A stretch of DNA of 63,261 nt, filler included, from Candidatus Woesearchaeota archaeon (GTDB lineage: Archaea; Nanobdellota; Nanobdellia; Woesearchaeales; B72-G16), in NCBI GenBank assembly GCA_003650545.1. It is 3 parts of 3 records of this genome, joined end to end, with 100 filler letters (N's around TTAATTAATTAA, not from the genome) between each part and the next. Parts side by side here need not be neighbours in the genome. Positions count along the whole stretch, not along the records: positions 1 to 27,626 come from QMQO01000017.1; positions 27,727 to 53,313 come from QMQO01000018.1; 1 more part is not named here. One strand, given 5' to 3'. The notes beneath the pieces were generated by a model that made no database searches, was not told the origin of the DNA, and worked only from the letters and a program-made list of their open reading frames with translations. A program made the translations under genes and the position numbers. Shown here piece after piece: positions 20,705 to 32,200 of this stretch; position 1 is the stretch's first letter; each line of letters opens with the position of its first letter.

Positions 20705-21205
20705 TTGAAAATAGTGAGAGAAACAATTTTGAAAGTGATGTTTGTTATTTCAATATTTATCTTAGGTTGGTTTGCAGGCAATTTATTCTTGAATTTGAAT
20801 ACACAAATTCCATTACCAATCCAGCATAACGGAAAGGAGATTGCATCACCTAGTGATTGGGTAAAAGAAGAGCAGATCCATGTTTATTCTGACCGTATTA
20901 TTATAGATTTAAAGGACGCAGAATGGGCGTCTTTTTCAGACACTAACTCAATGGATCCTTTGATAGACGAGACTAGTAATGCGATAGAGATTATTCCTAG
21001 CTCTGCAGATGATATTCATGTCGGTGATATTGTAAGTTACAAGACCGAGTTTGCAGATGGCATTATTATTCACCGCGTAGTTGACATAGGCGAGGATGAA
21101 CTAGGTAAGTACTTTATTCTACGGGGCGATAATAACCCTGTAAATGATCCTGAAAAGGTTCGTTTTAGCCAGATTCAGAGAGTTTTGGTAGGAATAATTT
21201 ACTAA
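20705..21205 (+). CDS. Signal peptidase I, archaeal/ER type (S26B)
   Basis: N-terminal TM; TNSMDP (Ser), GDIVSY, IIHRVV (His), GDNN...D. Confidence 0.82.
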   Translation: MKIVRETILKVMFVISIFILGWFAGNLFLNLNTQIPLPIQHNGKEIASPSDWVKEEQIHVYSDRIIIDLKDAEWASFSDTNSMDPLIDETSNAIEIIPSSADDIHVGDIVSYKTEFADGIIIHRVVDIGEDELGKYFILRGDNNPVNDPEKVRFSQIQRVLVGIIY

Positions 21206-21378
21206 AAATAACTCACCAGAAATAATTCACTAATTTCTAGGCTATTTTTATTTTTTAAAAATAAATAATCTGCTACTTATTCAAAGATGAGGTAGCTATA
21301 TATTGTAGATCAGCGAATTTGAGAAAAAAAATGAAAAAAAAATGATTTGGTCTGGAGAAGCTAATAAACGCAAAGTCA

Positions 21379-21720
21379 TTAATCAAGTCTCAAAGGTTGA
21401 AAATATGTTCTTCCTTTATATTCGTCAAGTCTTTCAAACTTTTCATGATCAACATAAACTGCATTGGCATCTTGCTTATTTAAATATTTTAGATCAGTCA
21501 TTTTACAGAGAACTGCACGAGGCATCATATCATGAAAAGTTAAATGAACAACTTCTTGGAGTTCTCCAACTTCACTAACTGTTGAATAATTTTCAGGAAG
21601 AACATAATCACCATCTTTATTCTTTGAAACAAAAACAAAAGAGTCTGGATGATTTTTCATTCTCTTAACTTGTAAAGAGATTTTATTTTTTGCATCACTT
21701 AATATATCCATCAGTCCCAT
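21379..21720 (-). CDS. Hypothetical protein
   Basis: 113-aa ORF with normal composition and an upstream TATA-like element. Confidence 0.6.
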   Translation of the reverse strand: MGLMDILSDAKNKISLQVKRMKNHPDSFVFVSKNKDGDYVLPENYSTVSEVGELQEVVHLTFHDMMPRAVLCKMTDLKYLNKQDANAVYVDHEKFERLDEYKGRTYFQPLRLD

Positions 21721-21826
21721 AACTACTTAGGAATGAGAAATGGTTTATTAAATTTGCGTTTATTTTAATTTATTTTAATTAGACTTAACATACAATAACT
21801 TCTGTGCGATACTCAATATCTTGGAA

Positions 21827-23131
21827 TCAGTAATAATGATTTGCGAAATAATCAATGACTCTCTTTTTAATCTCTTTATAAAAACCATTTGGAATGCTTT
21901 TATTTCCTTCATCATCTGTCCAATCTCTGGCAGGACAATGATAATTGAAATCATTCCCTTCTGGAGATTTAATTTTCCCTTGTGCACGTTTATGGTTTTC
22001 ACATTTAGTCCACACCTTTGTTAATTCTGTTTTTCTTATATCTTCACAAAATGTACTTTTTTTGTCTGCTCTCCCAGGACATCTTACAACTTTCCCCGAA
22101 AGTGTTAAGTACATTCCTGCTGCGGTTTGGTTACATGGATGACATCCAGGATACAATGAAACCCCCTCTTCTTTAAATTGTTCTAAGGTCATGAGGTTCT
22201 TTTCAATATTCCAAATGTAGATTTGTGTATATAGATTTTTAAGTTTGGAAAAAAAATCTTTATACTGTTTCACTCTTTGTAATTCGTCAATTCCTTTTCC
22301 ACTATTAGTAGATGGACAACTCAAAGCGTAAATATTTCTTTCTCTACCCCATTTATATATTTCGAATATTTCTGAGATATTTTCTGGTTTTATTGGAGCA
22401 GAAATTATTGCAAGCCTTGACGGTTCTCCGTTGTTATATTCGTTTAATCCTGCCTTGACTAATCTGATCAACGCATTGTCTCTAAGTTCTGTGTATCTAT
22501 CCTTAATCTCTTTGTTTTTAATATTATCGTTTCCAATATAACTTTCTTGTACTTCTCTATTAAATGAATTGAAACCCAACAAAATACTTATGTCTAGTTC
22601 TTTTAATCTATTTGCTAGATCTTGACCAGAACTGATTCCATAGTGGGAATTATATTTTTTTGTTAATCTGTCGCTTCCAATAACATGCCCTTTTGTAAAT
22701 ACAGAAGCGTTAATCCCATTATCAATTAACCATTCTAAAAAACCTAGAAATCTTGGATTTTCAAAAGGCTCTCCTCTACCTAAAATCTTAACACTCCTAA
22801 GACCTAATTTTCTAGCTTCGAGTAAATAATTCTTTAATTCCTCCTCTTTTAGGAAACTTCTATTTTCAGAATCAAATCTGTTGTCTCTCCTAAAACAGTG
22901 TGGACATCTTAAACTACAGTAGTTGCCAAAATCAATATCTAGATGTAATAGTTTTTGAATGCCGTCTTTATTTTCTTGATGTAATTCTTCCTTTGAAAAA
23001 TTGCCCCAATGGGCAACACTATTAACATAATTATTTGGAAATTTATCTTCAAAGATTGGTGGTATTGAGTCTAATTTAATTCTTGAATCGTTATTAAATG
23101 CTTGTTTTTTAGGTTTTTTCATATTCAACAC
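21827..23131 (-). CDS. Radical SAM protein with C-terminal SPASM/twitch-like Cys cluster
   Basis: CSLRCPHC (CxxxCxxC), GRGEP, FTKG, C-terminal CHPC...CPG...C...C...CP; SD gaggtg. Confidence 0.88.
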   Translation of the reverse strand: MLNMKKPKKQAFNNDSRIKLDSIPPIFEDKFPNNYVNSVAHWGNFSKEELHQENKDGIQKLLHLDIDFGNYCSLRCPHCFRRDNRFDSENRSFLKEEELKNYLLEARKLGLRSVKILGRGEPFENPRFLGFLEWLIDNGINASVFTKGHVIGSDRLTKKYNSHYGISSGQDLANRLKELDISILLGFNSFNREVQESYIGNDNIKNKEIKDRYTELRDNALIRLVKAGLNEYNNGEPSRLAIISAPIKPENISEIFEIYKWGRERNIYALSCPSTNSGKGIDELQRVKQYKDFFSKLKNLYTQIYIWNIEKNLMTLEQFKEEGVSLYPGCHPCNQTAAGMYLTLSGKVVRCPGRADKKSTFCEDIRKTELTKVWTKCENHKRAQGKIKSPEGNDFNYHCPARDWTDDEGNKSIPNGFYKEIKKRVIDYFANHYY

Positions 23132-23235
23132 CTCTTTGTTACTACATAGTAATAAATCTTATATATTAATTTAATGCCTGTTTTTTTTGTCAAAAGGAAA
23201 AAATTTATATATGATAAATCATTATAGTTAAAAAT

Positions 23236-24204
23236 ATGTTAGAATTGGATAAATTGGACAGAGATATTTTGTACGAGCTAAGCTATAACTGTAGGCAGCC
23301 AGATAGCATAATAGCCAAAAAACTGCGCAAATCTAAACAGGTAATAAGGTATAGAATTAGAAGATTAGAGAGGGACGGAATAATATCTGCTTATAATGCA
23401 TTAATAGATTTTAGAGTGCTGGGTTTTAGCAGCATAAGAATATACTTTAAACTGAGGAATATCGATCCAACGAAAGAACAAGAGATGTACAATGAAATGA
23501 GGAAAAACGATTTATTTTTATGGACAGTTAATTTAGAAGATGATGTGGATATTGCATTTTATGTGTGGGTTAAAGAGATAGACAAGTTTTATGAAAAATG
23601 GGAAGAATTCTTTTTAAAATATAGAAAGTATATCCATAGACAAGAAATCTATCTATCAATTAATATGATCCACTACCCCATGAAAATTTTTAAAAAACCC
23701 GGGTTTGTTGAGGTATGGGATGTTGGAAAAAACAAAAATAGAGTGAAAATTGATAAAACAGATCTTGCGATACTCAAAATTCTTTCAAGATATGCAAATA
23801 AATCAATTGTGGAAATTGCAAGAGATGTAGGAATATCTGCAAAACTAGCAGCATATAGAATTAAACAATTAGAAAAAAAGGAAATAATTCTGGCGTATAA
23901 TGCTATCATAGACGAAAAAAGGATAGGATATAAAATGTATAAAGTTGATTTTTATTTATTTGATCATTCTAAGCTTACAGAGATGTATGAATTTGCAAGG
24001 CAACATCCTAATATTAAAAACCTTATGAAAACTATAGGTGGACCTGACTATGAAATAGAAGTTTTGGTTAAAAATGTCGAAGAATTAAGGAATATTATCA
24101 ATGAAATTAGATCTAAATTTTCAGATGTTATTGATTATTGGAGATATAATAGGTTTGTTGAAACAATTAAGCAGGTATATTTACCTATAGAGGTTGGATT
24201 ATGA
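23236..24204 (+). CDS. Tandem Lrp/AsnC-family transcriptional regulator (two HTH-RAM units)
   Basis: LDKLDRDIL...IAKKL...YRIRRLE..GII and IDKTDLAIL...IARDVG...YRIKQLE; divergent from the radical SAM gene. Confidence 0.88.
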   Translation: MLELDKLDRDILYELSYNCRQPDSIIAKKLRKSKQVIRYRIRRLERDGIISAYNALIDFRVLGFSSIRIYFKLRNIDPTKEQEMYNEMRKNDLFLWTVNLEDDVDIAFYVWVKEIDKFYEKWEEFFLKYRKYIHRQEIYLSINMIHYPMKIFKKPGFVEVWDVGKNKNRVKIDKTDLAILKILSRYANKSIVEIARDVGISAKLAAYRIKQLEKKEIILAYNAIIDEKRIGYKMYKVDFYLFDHSKLTEMYEFARQHPNIKNLMKTIGGPDYEIEVLVKNVEELRNIINEIRSKFSDVIDYWRYNRFVETIKQVYLPIEVGL

Positions 24205-24411
24205 AACGGCTTAATAAGATTAATCAGAGTTAAGAGTATTTTCAAATATTTTCTTGGCTCTTCTTTCTGTGCCTTTTGGCGCTGTGTCTGCTGATTGAGC
24301 AAGCTTTCTCTAGCTTTCTCGTACTTTTTCATAGCTTTCTCATACTTTCTTCATATATTTTGTGTTTAATTTCTGAAAAGATTTATATAAACTCTAAAAC
24401 TTTTTACTTAT

Positions 24412-25311
24412 ATGCTAGAAAAAGAGCTTGAATTTTATAGAACTGCATCTAAGATTGCTGCTGAAGCATTAGAATATGCCTCGTCTCTTGTAAAACCAGG
24501 GGTAAAAATAATAGACATCAGCAACAGAACAGAAGAATTTATCAATTCAAAAGGAGGCGATCTTGCATTTCCTGTTCAGTTATCTAAGAATGATATTGCT
24601 GCACATTATTGTTCTCCTCCAAATGACGACACAATAATAAATGAAGAAGACATAGTCAAAATAGATATTGGCGTTCACATACATGGTTATATAGGTGATA
24701 ACGCGACTACTGTTTATCTTGGAGATGATAAGGTTATGTTAAAGCTAGTAAGGGCAAGCAGAGAAGCTGTTGATAATGCGATCAAGATAATTAAGCCAGG
24801 TACTACACTAAGTCAGATCGGTGCTGTTATTGAATCAACAATCCATAGACACAACTTTGAACCAATTCGCAATTTATCAGGCCATGGTTTAGAACGTTAT
24901 GAGATTCACGCAGGCCCGAGTATACCAAATTATGACACTGGTAATGAAACAGTACTAGAGCAAGGCAAGGTTTACGCAATAGAACCATTTGCAACAAATG
25001 GCACTGGCTTAGTAGGTGAAGCAAAGAATGCAGAAATCTTCTCTTTGGTAAAAAGAAAACCAGTCCGCAGCTTTTTTGCGAGACAGGTTCTTAGTGAAAT
25101 TGATAAACTACAGGGCTTACCATTCTGCACTAGACACCTAACAAAAAAGATTCCGTTGATAAAAGTTAATGCTGCATTAAAAGAGATGAACCATCTTGGT
25201 ATGTTGCGTTTGTATCCTCCGCTCATAGAGAAAAAGCGTGGTCTTGTTAGCCAAGCTGAGCACACTATTTATCTTGGAGATAAGATAGAGGTTTTAACAA
25301 AGAAAGAATAA
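24412..25311 (+). CDS. map: Methionine aminopeptidase type II
   Basis: AAHY, KIDIGVHIHGYIGD, NLSGHG...IHAG, AIEPFAT, archaeal helical insertion, SQAEHT. Confidence 0.96.
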   Translation: MLEKELEFYRTASKIAAEALEYASSLVKPGVKIIDISNRTEEFINSKGGDLAFPVQLSKNDIAAHYCSPPNDDTIINEEDIVKIDIGVHIHGYIGDNATTVYLGDDKVMLKLVRASREAVDNAIKIIKPGTTLSQIGAVIESTIHRHNFEPIRNLSGHGLERYEIHAGPSIPNYDTGNETVLEQGKVYAIEPFATNGTGLVGEAKNAEIFSLVKRKPVRSFFARQVLSEIDKLQGLPFCTRHLTKKIPLIKVNAALKEMNHLGMLRLYPPLIEKKRGLVSQAEHTIYLGDKIEVLTKKE

Positions 25312-25330
25312 TTTACTTTTCAAGTATAAT

Positions 25331-25573
25331 TCACTCTTCTTTCTTCTTATTCTTATTAACAACTGAATTAATCTCTTCAACAATCTCATCAATCTGTTTA
25401 GGTGTCATCCCGTGAGCCATGCAACCTTGCTCTATAGTTTCGACAGCTGCAACATGACAACCAATGCAATGTAAGCCATGTTTAATCAACACTTCTGCTG
25501 CTTCAGGACATCGTTCTAATACTTCACTAAAGGTCATTCCTTTTTTTATCAGCTTATTTTTATCTGCTTCCAT
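25331..25573 (-). CDS. DUF1858 / hybrid-cluster-associated redox disulfide domain protein
   Basis: PEAAEVLIKHGLHCIGC...ETIEQGCMAHG; ATG 25573 has a GGTG SD. Confidence 0.85.
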   Translation of the reverse strand: MEADKNKLIKKGMTFSEVLERCPEAAEVLIKHGLHCIGCHVAAVETIEQGCMAHGMTPKQIDEIVEEINSVVNKNKKKEE

Positions 25574-25660
25574 AATCAAACACCAATCAATCAAAAACTA
25601 AAATCCTAAAAATTTAAAAATCAAAACATTTATATATTTATTGCTCTCATTACATTTAAA

Positions 25661-27487
25661 ATGTCATCATTCTATAGTAAGGACAGGGTAACTGATGAGA
25701 AGAAAGCTAAACAAACTTATAAGTTAATAAAGGGTATTCTAAGATCACCATCAGTTTCAAAGCAAATCATTCCAATCATGATCATATCATTAGCAGTAGG
25801 TTTTATCTTTAGCGTAGATCTAACAGGACTAAAAATAGGCATCATTGTGCTAGCTCTGCCAACATTTATCGCTGGTTTGTTAACAAAACCGCTTATTAAT
25901 GCTTTTAAAGGCGATATTAGCATACGCCGATCGTTGTTTGTCACACTAACAGGACTCAATATAATAGCAATAGCAGCAATAATCTATAGGATTATCAATA
26001 CATTCACACAAGCACCACTAACATTCACTTTGATACTTGCTTACTCAATAACAATATGGATTAGGCATGCTGTTCTAATCACAGCAGCGAGTCCTCATCA
26101 TCTAAGAGTGCTGGCAGGGTCTTTAATCCAGGCATTAATTGGCTACTTTGCAATATACTTTTTGTTGGGGATGACAATAAAAGAAACCTTTGCCATGTAT
26201 CTTATAACAATAATTATGGTTATCTCTATTGTATTGCTTGTTGAAACATTCAGAATTCCTTTCAAGAAAAACTTTGGAATAGATCCAATCGCGATATTGA
26301 AGTATATGAAAGATCATCTAACAAAAGGTAGGAAAGGTGGCACCCGCGAACTCGAGAAAATAGGTTATAAATTTGGTGTTCCAATAGATGTTTATGTGGG
26401 ATCTCTTAGCTTTAAGAGAAATGACAACAGCATCAAAGTAAGCATGGTTGTTCCTTATGTACATCCTGGTCCGTTTGGTTATGTCGGTGGTTCTGATCTA
26501 CCTAGCAAATTATCTGCAAGTTTACAAGATATAACACCTAATATAATGGTTGCTCACAGCACCACGACGCATGACTATAATCCAGTAGCAGATGCTGAAT
26601 GTGAAAAGATAGCAACTGAGCTAAGGGGCATAATTGCAAATACAAAATTTTCAAATAAAATAAGTCATTTTGTCCGCCATCAAGAAGATGGCAATATTAA
26701 CATGGCAGCTCAGCTTTTTGGCGATTCTGTTTTGTTTACATTCACTTCTGCACCACACTCTACAGACGATATAGATTTTGGAACTGGTTTTAACATAATT
26801 ACTAATGCGAAAAATCAAGTTGAGCAAGCATTAATGATAGATGCACACAACAGCCTTAGAAAAAATGCAAGATTATACGAAGGTTCTGTCTATATTAGCA
26901 CAAACAAATCCTATAGAATGATGAATGCTGCAAAGGTTGCTTTAGAAAAAGCGAAGAAAACCAGAGCAAACAAAATTAAAGCAGGTTATGCAGAATTCGA
27001 TAATTTCAAGATTCATGAAGGTTTTGGTGCAAAGGGAATCCAAGTTTTACTACTTGAGACTGGGGCAGGTAGAAAAATACAAAGAACAGCTTATATTTTG
27101 TATGACGGCAACAACATGTTGCCAGGTGTAAGAGAAAAGATCCATAATGAAATTAAAGAATTAGTAGATGAAGCTAAGATAATGACAACTGATAATCATG
27201 CAGTTAACTATACCCCTAGCGGTTATAATCCTATTGGTTTTTCTTGTCATATAGATAAAATCATAAACATAACAAAAAAGCTAGTAGAAGAAGCGATAGA
27301 TGATCTTGAGCCTGTCTCTGTAGGTATTAACACTGGCTTTGTAAAGAACGTCTATGTTTTTGGTCATGAAGCTAGCGCAAAGATGGCTTCTGTTATATTC
27401 GCAACTTTCGGCTCTCTCGGAATAAACGCTCTGATAACATTTATAGTTACATTGGCATTATGTATCGTTACTTACTTAATAATCTGA
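25661..27487 (+). CDS. DUF2070 family archaeal membrane protein (COG3356)
   Basis: ~6 N-terminal TMs; VHPGPFG..GGS.LP, HSTTTHD, IDAHN, DGNNM, TTDNH; C-terminal TM. Confidence 0.88.
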   Translation: MSSFYSKDRVTDEKKAKQTYKLIKGILRSPSVSKQIIPIMIISLAVGFIFSVDLTGLKIGIIVLALPTFIAGLLTKPLINAFKGDISIRRSLFVTLTGLNIIAIAAIIYRIINTFTQAPLTFTLILAYSITIWIRHAVLITAASPHHLRVLAGSLIQALIGYFAIYFLLGMTIKETFAMYLITIIMVISIVLLVETFRIPFKKNFGIDPIAILKYMKDHLTKGRKGGTRELEKIGYKFGVPIDVYVGSLSFKRNDNSIKVSMVVPYVHPGPFGYVGGSDLPSKLSASLQDITPNIMVAHSTTTHDYNPVADAECEKIATELRGIIANTKFSNKISHFVRHQEDGNINMAAQLFGDSVLFTFTSAPHSTDDIDFGTGFNIITNAKNQVEQALMIDAHNSLRKNARLYEGSVYISTNKSYRMMNAAKVALEKAKKTRANKIKAGYAEFDNFKIHEGFGAKGIQVLLLETGAGRKIQRTAYILYDGNNMLPGVREKIHNEIKELVDEAKIMTTDNHAVNYTPSGYNPIGFSCHIDKIINITKKLVEEAIDDLEPVSVGINTGFVKNVYVFGHEASAKMASVIFATFGSLGINALITFIVTLALCIVTYLII

Positions 27488-27626
27488 GTTTATTTATCTT
27501 GAGTTCTGTATTTTTATTTTTTGAAATAATAACAAATAAAAATTAATGTGTAAGAATATCAAATAATTTTTATAAATAGTTTTCATATAAATTTTTTGTA
27601 CAAACGATCTAGAATTTGATTTGAAA

Positions 27627-27726
27627 NNNNNNNNNNNNNNNNNNNNNNNNNNNNNNNNNNNNNNNNNNNNTTAATTAATTAANNNNNNNNNNNNNNNNNN
27701 NNNNNNNNNNNNNNNNNNNNNNNNNN
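27627..27726. other. Artificial contig-joining linker
   Basis: 44 N + TTAATTAATTAA (stops in all six frames) + 44 N. Confidence 0.97.
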
Positions 27727-27789
27727 AAATAAAAACATAATTAAAAAAATAAATAATGTTAATTAAAATAAGATAACATTATCAAAAAA

Positions 27790-28293
27790 ATGAAGATACT
27801 TGGAGTTATAGAGATACTTTCCAGAGACCTTTCTAAAGGTTTAACTATAAACCAGATCTCTAAGTTGTTGCATAAGAGTTATGCTGCAACTAACATGCTG
27901 GTTAGAGGGATGATTTCTGATGAGATTCTGAATAAACTGATTGTTGGCAATGCTATTCTTTGTACACTAAACCTTAGAAATGAATTGACAAGGGCTCTAC
28001 TGGCTGTTGCTAGTGTGAAGAAGAAGCAGACAGATTCAAGCTGGAAAAAAAAGATTGACATTGAGTTGATCGATGAGCTAAAAAGGCGTTTTACTATAGA
28101 ATGTGTCTTTCTGCAAGATGATAAACTAAACATTGTGTGCAGGAATGTTCTGGCGCTACAGGAGTTTTTGAATGAGCGCAAGATAAGAGCTGCTGTTTTT
28201 GAGGCTGCAGATTTTCATGTTAAAAAAGATCTAAGCAGAAGCTATGTTATTTATGGTTTTGAAAGGTTTTGGGAGCTGATTGCAAATGCGTAA
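27790..28293 (+). CDS. Winged-HTH protein with degenerate nucleotidyltransferase-like C-terminus
   Basis: LTINQISKLLHKSYAAT HTH; C-terminal VIYGFERFWELI; stop overlaps the next gene's start. Confidence 0.6.
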   Translation: MKILGVIEILSRDLSKGLTINQISKLLHKSYAATNMLVRGMISDEILNKLIVGNAILCTLNLRNELTRALLAVASVKKKQTDSSWKKKIDIELIDELKRRFTIECVFLQDDKLNIVCRNVLALQEFLNERKIRAAVFEAADFHVKKDLSRSYVIYGFERFWELIANA

Positions 28294-29266
28294 AGGACAG
28301 GTTAGTTTATGGATCATTACAGGCATCATCATTTTGATACTTGTGATTATTGGCGTTGTACTTGTTATAACTACAAAAAGGGCAGAGATTGTGCCAGAGC
28401 TTGACATCCTGCCGATCAGGGCTTATGTTGAGGGCTGTGTTGATGATGCTGCGTTAACAGGAATATTTACAATCGGAAAACAGGGCGGATATATCTTTCC
28501 TAAAGGCGATTATGTTTTTGTTGAGTTTGATTTCGTTAGTGTGGGCTTTAACATAGACGAGAATGTTTTGGTTAGCGAAAAAGAGATGGAGCAAGAGCTT
28601 GCTAACTACATCAAGATTGTGTTGCCTGATTGTGTTGGAAAGGTTAGACAGAGATTCGTTGATTACGGGTTTGAGTTTGGCGATGTTGATGTGGATGTTG
28701 ATATCACAGATGCAGATGTGCATGTGGATGTTTTGTACCAAGTAAGTGTTAGGAAAGGCAATGCTGCTGCAAAAATTGAGAGGTTTGTCAATGTGTACGA
28801 CATCAGACTTGGACATGCAAGAAATATCGCTGACAAGATCATAGATAGTATAAAAGCAGATCCTGATTGGATTGATGTAACTACCTTGGGAGAATATGAT
28901 ATGAAGGTTAATCTTGTGCCGCAGGATCTGGCCACAATCATTTATGTTTTGAGCGAGCCCAGCAGATATGGCGATACTTTTGTGTTTGCTTTTGGTGCAA
29001 GGTACAAAATTAATCATGACCCTGTGCTAGAGTTACCAGACACACTTGAACTGAAGAGGGGCGAGCGTTTTGTGTACCAGGTTGTTGCAACTGATGATGA
29101 CGGTGACAGGTTAACTTTCTCTGATGATGATGGGATGTTTGACATTACAGATGACGGGTTGATTGACTTTGTTCCTTATTTTGAAGGCAGATATGATGTT
29201 AAGATCACTGTTGTTGATGAACATCGCGGGTATGATGAAAAAGAGGTTAGGTTTGTAATAACATGA
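28286..29266 (+). CDS. Type IV pilin-like protein (class III signal peptide) with C-terminal Ig/cadherin-like domain
   Basis: [23 protein letters not shown]-terminal NHDPVL...[12 protein letters not shown]...[14 protein letters not shown] overlap with the giant gene. Confidence 0.78.
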   Translation: MRKGQVSLWIITGIIILILVIIGVVLVITTKRAEIVPELDILPIRAYVEGCVDDAALTGIFTIGKQGGYIFPKGDYVFVEFDFVSVGFNIDENVLVSEKEMEQELANYIKIVLPDCVGKVRQRFVDYGFEFGDVDVDVDITDADVHVDVLYQVSVRKGNAAAKIERFVNVYDIRLGHARNIADKIIDSIKADPDWIDVTTLGEYDMKVNLVPQDLATIIYVLSEPSRYGDTFVFAFGARYKINHDPVLELPDTLELKRGERFVYQVVATDDDGDRLTFSDDDGMFDITDDGLIDFVPYFEGRYDVKITVVDEHRGYDEKEVRFVIT

Positions 29267-32200
29267 ACTGGAGAAAATTCCTAGGAATAGTGATGATTTA
29301 TCTAACCATAACTCTGATGATTCCTGGGACTGTTTTTGTGTTTGCTCAAAGCGAAGAAGAAAAACAGACAATTTGTGATTTTGAGGCTGAGCTTGATAAG
29401 AAAGCAGTAGAATCGTGCTTAGAGAAGCTTGAGGAAAAATCTGTTGAAGATTTATCTAAAATTGTTAAGGAGTACCCTGACTTTTTTGTTAATAACCCAG
29501 AGTTGTTAACAGGGCTAAAAGTTGATATTAGTAATATAAAAGGAATTGATGAAGTTATTAAGAGAATCACTAAACTGCGTGTTGGGCTAGAATTTAAAGA
29601 AAACTCAGATTGTAGGTTAGAGCAAACTTTTAAGCTAACCTGCCAAAAGAGGAGTGTAGAGCTTACCAGTGTGTCTGAGAGATATGCAGAATATGTAGAA
29701 AAAATAATGACAGATCCTGAAAAAGGAATAATTATTGTGTTTAAAAATAAAAATCAGATGTATTTAAAAGATGGAGGCAGGATTTCTTTTGATGTAAATG
29801 GAAATGTAGAGGTTGGTCAGGGTATAATGCTGGTGGTTGATGAGCTTATCACTATTACCCCAAAAACAGAGATAAAAATTCTTACATCTGATGGATATTT
29901 AAAAATATCAGGAGCTGTCAGAATCGAATCAGATATGTTTGAGGGAAATGTAAATGAAGAGTTTTACTTCAGTGGCACTAAAGAGGGTTATGATCTTGTT
30001 GTTAAGGAATCTACAGGTGATTTTGCTGTAAATGATGGGTTTGGAGAGAACAAATTCAATGGAGATTATTTTGAGGTTAGTGTTAAAAAAGAAAAGATAG
30101 CTAGGTTTGTTATTGGAGAAAACACGATAGCTGTTGTCAAGAAAGAAGATAAATCATCATTCCCTGAGATAAGCGATTGTGAGGAAAAGATTGATGATAA
30201 GGTGCGTTGTGTGTATGTGTTACAGGATAGGGCATCAGGAGATGCTCTATTGATGAGGCAGGAAACTGTTGCGCTTAATGTTCTAACTAAACAACTTAAT
30301 GGGATTGATGAGTTAGAGGATGTTAATGCGATCATACAACATATAGATGAGATTCTTGGGCTTTTTGAAAAAGATAAAATAGAAGATCTAGTTATATTAG
30401 AATATATCCAGAATCTTGAAGATCTAAGGAAGAAAGCCAAAATATTTTCAAACTGGAAAAAAGATGAATCAGTGATGCAGTTTTTAAAAGAAAGCTTGTC
30501 AAAAGAGGCTATAGAGAGGTATAAGAGCATAGCTAAGAGCCTCAAAGAAGATGCAGACAATAACAATCAAATAAATTACTTGTTTAGGGATACTGGGAAT
30601 TTTCTCTTGTTTGGAAGATCAAAGATTACATACGAAGATGGCAGTTATATTACAGGTGAAAAATCTGATGTTATAAGGGCAGATGTTTTTGAGGCTGGAA
30701 AACATGTTCTAATGTGTGAAGGTTTTACAGATGGTGATGCTTGTGTTGGAAGAATCAGGCCTTATATATTGGATGAAAAGTGTACTGAAAACAATTGTTT
30801 AACGCCAGTTGAAGATGAAAATTTTGTAGAAATCAAAGTAACCAAAGAAGAGTGTACAGATGGAGTTTGTAATAGCCAAATAAAGTTAGGTAGGAATTCT
30901 GTTTTAAGGCTTTTTGACAATGAAAAATTCAAGGAGAAACTTGTTGCGTTTGATCAAACTGTTACAAGTGTTTTTGCTCTTGCTGCATCATCTAAAGAAT
31001 CCAGGATTAATTACTTTAGCATGGATGGCGATACATTGATTGCTGCTAAACAGTTACCTGACTATGAACTAAAAAATGAGATTGAGATAAATGATAAAGG
31101 TTTTAAGGAAAAAATAGAAGAGATTAAAAAATATAGAAAGCGTTTTGTTGCTTTATATGAAATTATCAGTTCTATAATTAAAGATGAAGATAAAGAAAAA
31201 TTAGAAAATTTAAAAAAAGAGTATGAGAAAAGCTTGATAGAGACTGGTGTTAAATCAGATGTTGAAAAAGATATTCGGGAATTCGCCAGTAAAACATCAA
31301 AAAAAGTTGGTGTGAACATAAACCTTATAAAAGCTCAGGTTGCTTTGAGTGTTGGGGATGTTGACAGAGCAATTAGATTATCAAAAAAAGTTATTCAGGG
31401 TGATGATGAGGCTCAGAAAATTAATGCTTATATGTTTTTGTTGCAGATGCATGCTATGAAGGGTGAGATTCCTGAAGATTTTAAGAAGGAAGCTTTTGGG
31501 TTCTTTGGGTTAAAAGATGAAAATGATGATACGATTATAGATGAGTTGGTAGATGTTCTGGGCATTCTGGGCATAGATAAAACAAAAGGTAGAACAGAAG
31601 CCCAAGATATTTTAGAAAAGCAGCAGATTTCAGAAGAGATCTCTGAAAAAATCGGTGGATTGGAAGAGGATAAAAGGAAGGAAAAAATTGAGCAGATTCA
31701 GGATATATTTGCTAAGTACTCATTTCTGGAAAATTACCTGGATCTGAAAAACAGGCTGGATGAGCAGAAAGATTTTGGTGATGAGTTGGAGAAATTTAAA
31801 GGACACAATGTAAATTATTTTGAGAGGTATAAGAATCGGTACAAAGATAACCCTAGAATATACGAAAGATTTTTGATGATAGGAGCGAATAAATATGGAG
31901 AATTGGCTGCAAAAGAAACTAATGAGACGAAAAGAAAAGAATATCTAGAAAAACAACTTGCATTCTTAGAAGAGGCAGCTGATGTCAGGGATAGAAACAT
32001 TGTGAAGAATGAGTTTGATCTAAGAAGAGCTGGATATTCTGAGATAGATTTCATCACTAACTTCTATAACGGGGTTTTGCAGAGGAGCAACATCAATCTT
32101 ATGCTAGAAAACTATGAAGTTGCAAGAAACCTTGCAAAAACTGCGTTTGGGTTGAATGATCACTGCTATAGCTGCCTATCAATAATGTATCACGCAGATA

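Noticed and set aside
24135..24332. 65-aa minus-strand ORF
   Set aside because: Starts within a local tandem repeat and overlaps the Lrp gene end; no recognisable features.
27671..27682. TTAATTAATTAA palindrome (also 53358-53369)
   Set aside because: Centre of an artificial N-linker, not biological.
28454..29017. 187-aa antisense ORF over the pilin-like gene
   Set aside because: Fully overlaps a well-supported sense gene; composition is a codon mirror.
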